DNA from: Candidatus Nomurabacteria bacterium GW2011_GWB1_43_19
Lineage (GTDB): Bacteria; Patescibacteriota; Minisyncoccia; Phycocordibacterales; UBA9973
Length of the DNA stretch: 64,000 bases
NCBI GenBank assembly: GCA_000999465.1
Contig: LCGB01000003.1
Coordinates: 4,252 to 68,251, forward strand
Direction of reading: 5' to 3'
The position numbers and the translations under genes are program-made. The notes beneath the pieces were generated by a model. It was not told the DNA's origin. It made no database searches and worked only from the letters and a program-made list of their open reading frames with translations. This document shows positions 1-8,241 of this stretch, in pieces (the stretch's first letter is position 1; each line of letters opens with the position of its first letter).

Positions 1-2
1 TG

Positions 3-170
3 CCGTTTCCGGCGCTGGACGGCGGGCGGCTTTTTTTCCTGCTGATTGAAAAAATAAAGGGCTCGCGTATTAATCCGAAAGTCGCCAATACCGCCAACAT
101 GGTCGGCTTCGGGCTTCTGATATTCCTGATGCTCGTCATTACTTATCATGATGTAATAAAACTCCTTTAG
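3..170 (+). CDS. rseP: RIP/site-2 metalloprotease RseP, 3' end (partial)
   Basis: Manual translation PFPALDGGRLFF...TYHDVIKLL*; M50 family PxLDGG motif. Confidence 0.85.
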   Translation, partial: PFPALDGGRLFFLLIEKIKGSRINPKVANTANMVGFGLLIFLMLVITYHDVIKLL

Positions 171-195
171 TTCCCCTATGTCAGACATAGGGGAA
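171..195. repeat. Palindromic element, ATGTC[AT]GACAT family
   Basis: TTCCCCTATGTC-A-GACATAGGGGAA, perfect 12-bp arms; same core at 9337 and 41146. Confidence 0.85.
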
Positions 196-207
196 AACAG
201 TAAATCT

Positions 208-933
208 ATGAAAACTACATTCATCCACGAAATCCGGGCGGTAAAAAATAAAAAAGAACTGGCAAATATAATCAGGGCGCAAAGAATCAGTGAAAAGGTA
301 CTGGGGCGCGTTTTGGCGAATTTAAAGACGGGAGTAAGCGAAATTGAGACAGCCAACCTGATTAAAAAAAGTTTCATTAAAGAAGGCGCCCCGGTGCTGT
401 CTTTTCCTCCGATTGTGGCGTTCGGTAAGAATTCCGCAAATATCCACCACATTCCCGGCAAAACCAAATTGAAAAAAGGGGATATGGTCATGTTTGACTT
501 CGGCTGCGCGGTTAGCCATTATTGTTCCGATATGACCCGGACATATTTCTGGGGTGAACCCTCTTTAAAACAGAAAAAAATTTATTTGGCGGTGCTGGAA
601 GCCCAGAACCGTGTTTTATCCTTGATTAAAAAAGGCGAGCGCCGCGCCGGAGTTATTGACGCAAGCGCGCGGAAATTTCTGGCTAAAAAATACAAAAATA
701 ACTTTAAGCACGGCCTGGGCCACGGGGTTGGCACCGTTATCCACGAATGGCCAAACTTCAAGCCGAAAAGTGAGGATATTCTACCGGTCGGCTCGGTAAT
801 GACCGTGGAACCGGGGCTTTACTTTAAGGATTGGGGCGGGGTGCGGATAGAGGATATGGTCTTGATTGCCCGAAAAGGGTATAAAAATTTAACCAACATC
901 CCCAAGGATTTATCAAGTGCGATTTTGAAATAA
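208..933 (+). CDS. M24 family Xaa-Pro peptidase (catalytic domain only)
   Basis: DFG, SDMTRT, HGLGHGVG, HE, TVEPG and GVRIED motifs; ATG at 178 lies inside the palindrome so 208 is preferred. Confidence 0.85.
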   Translation: MKTTFIHEIRAVKNKKELANIIRAQRISEKVLGRVLANLKTGVSEIETANLIKKSFIKEGAPVLSFPPIVAFGKNSANIHHIPGKTKLKKGDMVMFDFGCAVSHYCSDMTRTYFWGEPSLKQKKIYLAVLEAQNRVLSLIKKGERRAGVIDASARKFLAKKYKNNFKHGLGHGVGTVIHEWPNFKPKSEDILPVGSVMTVEPGLYFKDWGGVRIEDMVLIARKGYKNLTNIPKDLSSAILK

Positions 934-953
934 TTGGGGTATACTAGGATGTC

Positions 954-1922
954 ATGACTAGGAAGAAAATCAAAATCGGCGTGCTGTTCGGAGGTAAATC
1001 GGCGGAACATGATGTATCGCTGCAATCGGCTCGAAATGTTATAAATGCCCTTGATAAGAAAAAATATCAGGTGGTTCTCGTTAAAATCAACCGGAACGGA
1101 AAATTTAAATTTGATTCCATTAAAAATTTTGACGTTGTTTTCCCGGTCATGCACGGACCGTTTGGCGAAGACGGCAGTATGCAAGGGCTTTTGAAACTTG
1201 CCGGAGTGCCGTTTGTGGGTCCGAGCGTACTTGGGTCGGCAGTTGGAATGGATAAAGATGTGATGAAACGGCTTTTCCGGGATGCCGGGATTCCTATCGG
1301 CAGATTTATTGTCATCAAAGATAATGAGAAAATTAATTTTAATAAAGTTAAAAAAGAGCTTGGCCTGCCTGTTTTTGTGAAGCCGGTTAATATGGGCTCG
1401 TCGGTGGGGATAAATAAAGTTAGGAATGAAAAAGAGTTTAAAAAAGCGGTTAAAGAAGCCTTTAAGTTTGATACGAAAGTTATCATTGAAGAATTTATTT
1501 CCGGACGCGAGATAGAATGTTCGGTTTTGGGAAATAAAAAACCTACAGCTTCAATTCCCGGTGAAATTATTGCGAATCAGGAATTCTACTCCTATGATGC
1601 CAAATACATAGACGAGGGATCTGTTGCTGTTATTCCGGCCAAAATTGATAAAAAAACTACTAAAAAAATTCAGGAGTTGGCCATTCGGGTATTCAAAGTT
1701 CTTAATTGCGAAGGTATGGGGAGAGTGGATTTTTTTCTTAAAAAGAACGGAAGGGTGGTGGTAAATGAAATAAACACAATACCGGGATTTACAAAAATCA
1801 GCATGTACCCAAAATTATGGGAAGCGAGCGGAATGCCGTTTTCGAAACTTCTGGATAAATTGATAGAGCTTGCGATAGAGCGCTTTAAAAAAGAGCAGAA
1901 ACTAAAAACAACCGTAAATTAA
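954..1922 (+). CDS. ddl: D-alanine--D-alanine ligase
   Basis: FGGKSAEHDVS, HGPFGEDG, GSSVG, NEINTIPG. Confidence 0.95.
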   Translation: MTRKKIKIGVLFGGKSAEHDVSLQSARNVINALDKKKYQVVLVKINRNGKFKFDSIKNFDVVFPVMHGPFGEDGSMQGLLKLAGVPFVGPSVLGSAVGMDKDVMKRLFRDAGIPIGRFIVIKDNEKINFNKVKKELGLPVFVKPVNMGSSVGINKVRNEKEFKKAVKEAFKFDTKVIIEEFISGREIECSVLGNKKPTASIPGEIIANQEFYSYDAKYIDEGSVAVIPAKIDKKTTKKIQELAIRVFKVLNCEGMGRVDFFLKKNGRVVVNEINTIPGFTKISMYPKLWEASGMPFSKLLDKLIELAIERFKKEQKLKTTVN

Positions 1923-1926
1923 AGTT

Positions 1927-2733
1927 ATGCGGAATACCAAAAACAACAGGCCAATCGGGGTTTTTGATTCAGGGGTAGGCGGGCTTTCGGTGCTTATTGA
2001 ACTCGAGAAGATACTGCCGAGAGAAAACTTTGTATTTTTAGCCGACCAATTACATGTTCCCTACGGCGAAAAAAGCAAAAGCGAACTCGTCGGCTTAGCT
2101 TACCGGATTGTCGATTTTTTTATAAATAAACACGATGCCAAAATGGTTGTTATCGCCTGCAATACCTCCACTTGTTATTCCATTGACGCTCTCCGTAGAA
2201 AATATTCGCTTCCGATTATCGGGACGGTTCCGGCGGTTAAACCGGCAAGTGAAAAAACCAAAAGTGGCGCTATCGCCGTGATTTCCACGCCGGCCACTTC
2301 AAAAAGCAGAGTATTAAAAAAACTGATTGAAGATAATTGCTGGGGGATGGAAGTGTTTAACGTCGGCTGCAAGAATCTGGAAAATGCCGTGGAAAAGGGG
2401 AATATAGATAATCCCCGGGTTCATATTTTACTCAAAAAGTACCTGAAAAAGATAAAAAATTCAAAAATTGATTACCTTGTTTTGGGCTGCACCCATTATC
2501 CGTTTCTTAAAAAATCCATCAGAAAATATGTAAAACCCCCGGTAAAACTTCTGGATGGAGGATTTTCTATCGCCAAAAGAGTCGGATTTTTATTAAAAAC
2601 CAATTTTTTAAAAACCGGCAAAAAAACGAAAGGGAAGACCCTTTATTTAACTACCGGAAATTCCGCCAAATTTTCCAAAGTCGCGGGGAAATTATTGAAT
2701 AAAACCATAAAATCTAAAACCGTTAAAATTTAA
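1927..2733 (+). CDS. murI: Glutamate racemase
   Basis: FDSGVGG, IACNT, LGCTHYP. Confidence 0.95.
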   Translation: MRNTKNNRPIGVFDSGVGGLSVLIELEKILPRENFVFLADQLHVPYGEKSKSELVGLAYRIVDFFINKHDAKMVVIACNTSTCYSIDALRRKYSLPIIGTVPAVKPASEKTKSGAIAVISTPATSKSRVLKKLIEDNCWGMEVFNVGCKNLENAVEKGNIDNPRVHILLKKYLKKIKNSKIDYLVLGCTHYPFLKKSIRKYVKPPVKLLDGGFSIAKRVGFLLKTNFLKTGKKTKGKTLYLTTGNSAKFSKVAGKLLNKTIKSKTVKI

Positions 2734-2745
2734 ATTTTATAAAAA

Positions 2746-2779
2746 TACTTAAAACTCTGTGATAGCAGAAAATGTAACA
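2746..2779. repeat. 34-bp intergenic palindrome, GCnATnGC-core family
   Basis: TACTTAAAACTCT-GTGATAGC-AGAAAATGTAACA; aligns with six other copies. Confidence 0.7.
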
Positions 2780-2816
2780 ATTTGCTTTTTATAATTTTTT
2801 ATACTAATCTATGCAT

Positions 2817-2975
2817 ATGTCACAAGAAAGATTAATCAAACTGGCCTGCGGAACCTGCAAACGCATCAATTACTGGTCCAGCAAGAACAAAAAACTCGTT
2901 ACCAAGAAAATAGAGCTTAAAAAATTCTGCAAATGGTGCCGCAAGCAGACCAAGCACAAGGAAGTCAAGAAGTAA
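2817..2975 (+). CDS. rpmG: 50S ribosomal protein L33 (not in ORF track)
   Basis: MSQERLIKLACGTCKRINYWSSKNKKLVTKKIELKKFCKWCRKQTKHKEVKK; two CxxC pairs and the ELKKFC motif. Confidence 0.93.
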   Translation: MSQERLIKLACGTCKRINYWSSKNKKLVTKKIELKKFCKWCRKQTKHKEVKK

Positions 2976-2993
2976 ATTTTTCCGCTTCTTTTG

Positions 2994-3064
2994 CGGGCGA
3001 TGAGGGAATCGGACCCCCGACATCGGTTTTGGAGACCGAAGTTATACCACTTAACTAATCGCCC
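2994..3064 (-). tRNA. tRNA-Trp (CCA)
   Basis: Acceptor GGGCGAT/ATCGCCC, anticodon arm TCGGT-CTCCAAA-ACCGA; no encoded CCA end. Confidence 0.9.
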
Positions 3065-3147
3065 AACTTTCAAGAACGTAGGCTGATTATAACAAACTGA
3101 ATCAAAAATGGAAGAACACTTCCAAAACCTAGAAAAAGAGATTGAAC

Positions 3148-3969
3148 TCATAAAGCAGACGCATCAAACCACTTTATCTCTTTATCTCTTTTGAACCAAG
3201 TCATCTGCCTTTTGGCGTATTTTAAGGTTTCTTTAATTACTTTTTCCGGCGTCGGATTATTATATTCAAAACCAAACTCTTTTAATCTTTTATCGGACAC
3301 TCCCGCGCGCTTAAGTTTTTCTATTTCTTTCAAGAGTCCGTCTTTAAACATTTTTTTAACTCTTTGCTCCACTTTATTTTTTAGTTTATCAGGAGGCAAA
3401 TACAGCCCGATCTTGATGAATTGATAGGGAAGCGGATTAGCTTTTGGGCGAGGAACCTCGCCGAGATATTTGGCTATTTCAATCGCCCGAACCAGCCGGA
3501 CCTTATTTTTGGTATCGATATTTTTTGCGCGTTCCGGATCCATTTTTTTAAAATACTCAAATAATGCTATCGCTGATTTTGAGTATAATTCTTTACGCAG
3601 TTTAATATTTGGCGGGACCTCAGGGAAAACTATTCCCTTAGTTATGGCGTCAATATAGAAACCCGTTCCTCCGCAGATAATTGGAAACTTTCCTCGTTTT
3701 TGAATCTCCGCTATAACGTAGATTGCTTGCTTTTGATATTCAGCGACTGAAAACTTGGATTTTGGGTTAGCCACATCCAACAAATGGTGCAGCACACCTC
3801 GCATTTCTTTCTTGTCGATTTTACCCGTCCCTATGTTAAGTCCTTTATAAACCTGCCTGGAATCGGCGGAAATTATTTCACCTTTTAGTTTTTTAGCAAT
3901 ACTGACAGCCAAAGTGCTTTTGCCGGTTGCGGTTTGTCCCAGGATAACAATAATTTTCGGCTTAGACAT
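3148..3969 (-). CDS. miaA: tRNA dimethylallyltransferase
   Basis: GQTATGKS, SADSRQVY, GGTGFY, YAKRQMTWF. Confidence 0.95.
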   Translation of the reverse strand: MSKPKIIVILGQTATGKSTLAVSIAKKLKGEIISADSRQVYKGLNIGTGKIDKKEMRGVLHHLLDVANPKSKFSVAEYQKQAIYVIAEIQKRGKFPIICGGTGFYIDAITKGIVFPEVPPNIKLRKELYSKSAIALFEYFKKMDPERAKNIDTKNKVRLVRAIEIAKYLGEVPRPKANPLPYQFIKIGLYLPPDKLKNKVEQRVKKMFKDGLLKEIEKLKRAGVSDKRLKEFGFEYNNPTPEKVIKETLKYAKRQMTWFKRDKEIKWFDASAL

Positions 3970-5500
3970 ATGTTCCTTTTATTATTTTAATGTCCGCGCC
4001 AATAGAATTCAGCCTTTCCGCAATTTCTTCATAGCCGCGGTTTATCATATAAACATTGCGGAGAATGGAAATTCCGTTCGCTCCCAACATGGAAATGAGT
4101 ATAACCATGGACGGGCGCAGGGCGGGAGGGCAGACAACTTGCGCCGGTTTTAGCATTGTTCCGCCGTTTATATAAAGACGGTGGGGATCAGCAAGCGTTA
4201 TATCCGCTCCCAAGCGATTTAATTCGGTTAAATATATAGCGCGATTCTCATAAACCCAGTCGTGAATCATCGTTTGACCTTTTGCGCGTATTGCAATCGG
4301 AACAAAAAACGGCAAGTTATCAATGTTTATTCCCGGATAGGGGTTGGAGTGCAATTTATCGTGAAGAGCTTTCAGCTTGCTTGGGAGTATTTCCACATCC
4401 GCCAGTTTTGTCCGGCCGTTGAATGAGTTATATATTTTCGATATTTTGTATTTTAAATTCATTCTTTTTAATTTTTCAAGTTCCAGAGACATAAAATCTA
4501 TCGGCACACGGGTGACTTTAAGTCGGGAGTCTGTGACGATACAAGCGGAAATAAACATCATCGATTCTATCGGGTCTTCGCTGTTCCAATATTCGATATT
4601 TTTATTGATTTCTTTTATCCCGTGGACGGTCAGGTTGGCGGTGCCGATGCCGTCAATTTTTACTCCCAGCGCTTCCAGAAAAAAACATACTTCTTGTACC
4701 ATGTAATTGGCGCTGGCAAAACTTATTTTGGTAGTTCCTTCAATCAAGGCGGCGGCCGTGAGGACATTTTCACAGGCGGTATCTCCCGATTCATACATCA
4801 CTACATCTTTCGGCTTCAATTTTTTTGCGGTTATTTCGTAGTTTTTGACGGTCGTTTTTATTTTTACTCCAAATCGCTCAAGCGCGTAAATATGCGCGGC
4901 TATAGTGCGTTTTCCTAAGTGGCAACCATGCGCATGCGGGATAGAAAAGGAAGATAATTTGTGGATAAGAGGACCCATTAGCATAACAACGGAACGTGTT
5001 TTTAGGGCCGATTCTATATTAATATTTTCCAGGTTAAATTTGGCGGGTGGAGTTATTGTCAGTGTGTTTTGGTTAAGCCACTTTACCGCGACTCCGATAC
5101 TTTCCAAGATTTCAATTACCCGAAAAACTTCTTCGATCTTGGCGATGCCGTGCAGGGTCGTCGTCCCGCTGTTTATAAGCGAGGCGCACAGGAGACCGAC
5201 GGAGCCGTTTTTTGAAAAGTTGGTTTTAATCGTTCCGCTTAATTTCTTGCCGCCGTTCACTTGGAAATCAATGGAATCATTTATGGAAATAATCTGGTGG
5301 TCGAGAACATTGCTGATCTTTAAGAGAAGCTCGGTTGTAAAATTTTGTTCGCCTTTTTCCATACGGGGGATGGAGCTCTGTGATGTGTTGAGCGCTTTAG
5401 CGAACTCTGCCTGTGTCATCCCGCGATGTTCACGGAGTTCCCGGATAAAATACCCTATTTTTTCCTGCTCGGTTTGCACCGTTTCTTTTGTTTTAGTCAT
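3962..5500 (-). CDS. murA: XRE-HTH fused UDP-N-acetylglucosamine 1-carboxyvinyltransferase
   Basis: N-terminal HTH (IRELREHRGMTQAEFAKAL) then EPT fold: SKN, GCHLGKR, PYPG, YENR, RGYE. Confidence 0.88.
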   Translation of the reverse strand: MTKTKETVQTEQEKIGYFIRELREHRGMTQAEFAKALNTSQSSIPRMEKGEQNFTTELLLKISNVLDHQIISINDSIDFQVNGGKKLSGTIKTNFSKNGSVGLLCASLINSGTTTLHGIAKIEEVFRVIEILESIGVAVKWLNQNTLTITPPAKFNLENINIESALKTRSVVMLMGPLIHKLSSFSIPHAHGCHLGKRTIAAHIYALERFGVKIKTTVKNYEITAKKLKPKDVVMYESGDTACENVLTAAALIEGTTKISFASANYMVQEVCFFLEALGVKIDGIGTANLTVHGIKEINKNIEYWNSEDPIESMMFISACIVTDSRLKVTRVPIDFMSLELEKLKRMNLKYKISKIYNSFNGRTKLADVEILPSKLKALHDKLHSNPYPGINIDNLPFFVPIAIRAKGQTMIHDWVYENRAIYLTELNRLGADITLADPHRLYINGGTMLKPAQVVCPPALRPSMVILISMLGANGISILRNVYMINRGYEEIAERLNSIGADIKIIKGTYV

Positions 5501-5513
5501 ATGTCAAATAGTA

Positions 5514-5531
5514 TATCTCATATATGAGATA
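5514..5531. promoter_or_regulatory. Putative operator in the HTH-murA promoter
   Basis: Perfect 18-bp palindrome TATCTCATA-TATGAGATA between minus-strand TTGCAT (-35) and TATACT (-10). Confidence 0.6.
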
Positions 5532-5591
5532 ATGCAAGCATAGTGTATGATAAATTGATTTCCGCCTGCAATTAAAGTATTATTTGGACAT

Positions 5592-5678
5592 GCCCAGGTG
5601 GCGGAATTGGTAGACGCGATAGACTCAAAATCTATTGATGGCAACATCATGAGAGTTCGATTCTCTCCCTGGGCACCA
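5592..5678 (+). tRNA. tRNA-Leu (CAA)
   Basis: GCCCAGG acceptor, anticodon arm ATAGA-CTCAAAA-TCTAT, long variable arm, GTTCGA, encoded CCA. Confidence 0.95.
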
Positions 5679-5756
5679 AAAAACATATTTTGTTTTGCAC
5701 TTGATATAAACATAAATATCGATTTTTATTTTTTGGAAGTGTGCTAAAATGTACTC

Positions 5757-6743
5757 ATGTCCAACTTATATTCCAATTCAATTTTTTGGATTGATACCGA
5801 TAAAATTAAACCGAATCCGCTCCAGCCGAGACGGGATTTTGACGAAGCGCGTTTACAGGACCTGGCTGATTCCATAAAGCAATACGGGGTTCTGCAGCCG
5901 TTGACCGTTTCTCGAATGGAAATGGAAAAAGAAAATGGTGGGCTGGTAACTGAGTATGAACTAATTGCCGGAGAGCGCCGGCTACGGGCTGCCAAGTTGG
6001 CACAAGTATCGCAGGTGCCCGTCATAATTCGCATCGGAGACACGGCCATTATGAAACTTGAACTGGCAATTATTGAGAATCTGCAACGCGAGGACTTAAA
6101 TGCGGTGGACCGCGCCAGAGCTTTTTTCCGGCTGGTCGGTGAATTTAAATTCACCCATAATGAAATTGCAAAAAAAATGGGCCGCAGCCGGGAATATGTT
6201 TCCAATTCTCTGCGTATTTTGACTCTGCCGGAAGAAATTTTAAACGGTCTTTCCGAAGGCAAAATTACCGAAGGGCATACTCGTCCGCTTCTTATGCTGG
6301 CAGACCATCCGGAAGAACAGTTGGTTTTATTCAAGGAAATTTTATACAAGAAAATTACCGTGCGCGAAGCCGAAAGACTGGCAAGAAAAATAGCTTACGA
6401 CCGGGTCCGGAAGAAAGAATTTATGCCCGACCCGGAAATAACCGAATTAGAAGAAGAGTTTCAGGAAAAACTCGGCACCCGGGTGCACATAGACAGAAAG
6501 GAACTGGGTGGACAGATTAAAATTGATTTCTTTTCCACAGAAGACCTGCGAACCATTTTGGATTTAATTCATAAAAGTGAATCCGAGAAAAAACCGGAAC
6601 AAATGCTTGAAAATTTTATCGCCAAGAATAATTCAAAAGAAGAAATTCCGACACTTGAAGAGACACCGGTGGATGACAGGACAAAAGAAGATATAAACAA
6701 GGACGACGCCGATTTATACAACATTTCCAATTTCAGCGTATAA
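5757..6743 (+). CDS. parB: ParB/Spo0J partition protein
   Basis: PNPLQPR, GVLQP, IAGERRLRA, ENLQREDL, HTH. Confidence 0.93.
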   Translation: MSNLYSNSIFWIDTDKIKPNPLQPRRDFDEARLQDLADSIKQYGVLQPLTVSRMEMEKENGGLVTEYELIAGERRLRAAKLAQVSQVPVIIRIGDTAIMKLELAIIENLQREDLNAVDRARAFFRLVGEFKFTHNEIAKKMGRSREYVSNSLRILTLPEEILNGLSEGKITEGHTRPLLMLADHPEEQLVLFKEILYKKITVREAERLARKIAYDRVRKKEFMPDPEITELEEEFQEKLGTRVHIDRKELGGQIKIDFFSTEDLRTILDLIHKSESEKKPEQMLENFIAKNNSKEEIPTLEETPVDDRTKEDINKDDADLYNISNFSV

Positions 6744-6744
6744 A

Positions 6745-8214
6745 TCAGCTTCTTCCGAAGGATTTAAGTCTGGCAAGTAAGCTGTTTTTTTCCAAGTACG
6801 ATCTTATATGTTTTTTAGCAATGGAAGTTTTTACGAATTCCAACCATTTACTGGAAGGTTTGGAGTCCTTTTTGGTTACTATTTCCACGATATCTCCATT
6901 TTTTAACTTTGTGAAAAGTTGCACCATTTTGCCGTTAACTTTTGCGCCGAAAGTATGGTTTCCAATATCGGAATGAATGGAATAGGCAAAATCAAGCGGG
7001 CATGATTCTTCCGGCAGGTCTATAACATCTCCCTTGGGAGTAAAAACGAAAATACGATCATTAAAAAAATCCATTTTCAGGTGGTCAATAAATTTTTTCG
7101 GATCATCGGGTGAATATTTCAATTCCTTTAACTCCTCAACCCATTTAAATTTATTCTTATCATTTTTTACCTTTTTGTCTTTTTGTTCTTTGTAGGCGAA
7201 ATGCGCGGCAATACCGTAAGCGGCTTCGGCGTGCATTTCTTTTGTTTTTATTTGGATTTCCGCGACTCTTCCCAGCCCGGTAAAAATAGTCGTATGAATT
7301 GAACGGTAGCCGTTCGGCTTGGGGACAGCGATGTAGTCCTTAATTCTGCCCGGTAGGGGATTCCAGATGGAATGAATCAGCCCAAGAACCCGATAACACT
7401 CTTCCACAGTATTAACCACGACGCGCAGAGCCACGATGTCATATATTTTATCTATGTCTATGTCGTATTTCAGGAGCTTCTTGTATAAGCTGTATCTGTG
7501 CTTTATACGATAATCAATTTCCACGAATTTAATTTTGTTTTTCTTCAATTCTTTTTCAAGTTCGGTGCGGACTTCGGTCAGGTTTTTCTGGAAAGTGTCT
7601 TTTTTTTCTTTAATTATTTCTTCCACCTGGGCATATTCCGCGGGATAAGCATATGGAAAAGCGGCATCTTCAAGCTCGCCTTTAAGTTTTCCCATTCCAA
7701 GACGGTTCGCCAATGGCGCATAGACTTCAATGGACTCGATGGATATTCTTTCCCTCTTGTCTTCGCGCAAGAATTCAAGCGTGCGCAGATTATGTAGTCG
7801 GTCGGCAAATTTTATAATAACCACGCGCAAATCGTTTGCCATGGCGATAAAAAATTTACGCAGAGATTCCACATGCCTTTCATGCCCGCGGTATTTGAGA
7901 GTTCCCAACTTAGTCACGCCTTTTATCAAGAACAGGATATCGTCGCCGAATTCTCTTTTTATTTCTTCCTCTTTTATCTCGGTGTCTTCCAGTATGTCAT
8001 GCAGAAGCCCGGCGGCGATGGTCTTTGCATCCATTCCAAGCTGGGTCAGGATTTTAGCAGTTTCAAAAACGTGATTAAAATATGGTTCTCCGTTCATCCG
8101 TTTTTGCCCGGCATGCGCTTTTTCGGCAAATGCACAGGCCTTTTCAATGAGAACAGCATCTTTTTTGCATAAATCCCCGGTAATTAGGTCTATCATCTCT
8201 TTAATATTTGCCAT
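6745..8214 (-). CDS. spoT: RelA/SpoT family (p)ppGpp hydrolase/synthetase (HD-SYNTH-TGS, no ACT)
   Basis: LLHDILEDT, ADRLHN, KDYIAVPKPNGYRSIHTT, FTPKG...DFAYSIHS. Confidence 0.88.
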   Translation of the reverse strand: MANIKEMIDLITGDLCKKDAVLIEKACAFAEKAHAGQKRMNGEPYFNHVFETAKILTQLGMDAKTIAAGLLHDILEDTEIKEEEIKREFGDDILFLIKGVTKLGTLKYRGHERHVESLRKFFIAMANDLRVVIIKFADRLHNLRTLEFLREDKRERISIESIEVYAPLANRLGMGKLKGELEDAAFPYAYPAEYAQVEEIIKEKKDTFQKNLTEVRTELEKELKKNKIKFVEIDYRIKHRYSLYKKLLKYDIDIDKIYDIVALRVVVNTVEECYRVLGLIHSIWNPLPGRIKDYIAVPKPNGYRSIHTTIFTGLGRVAEIQIKTKEMHAEAAYGIAAHFAYKEQKDKKVKNDKNKFKWVEELKELKYSPDDPKKFIDHLKMDFFNDRIFVFTPKGDVIDLPEESCPLDFAYSIHSDIGNHTFGAKVNGKMVQLFTKLKNGDIVEIVTKKDSKPSSKWLEFVKTSIAKKHIRSYLEKNSLLARLKSFGRS

Positions 8215-8241
8215 CTAAGAATTATACATCCCGATAGAGTT

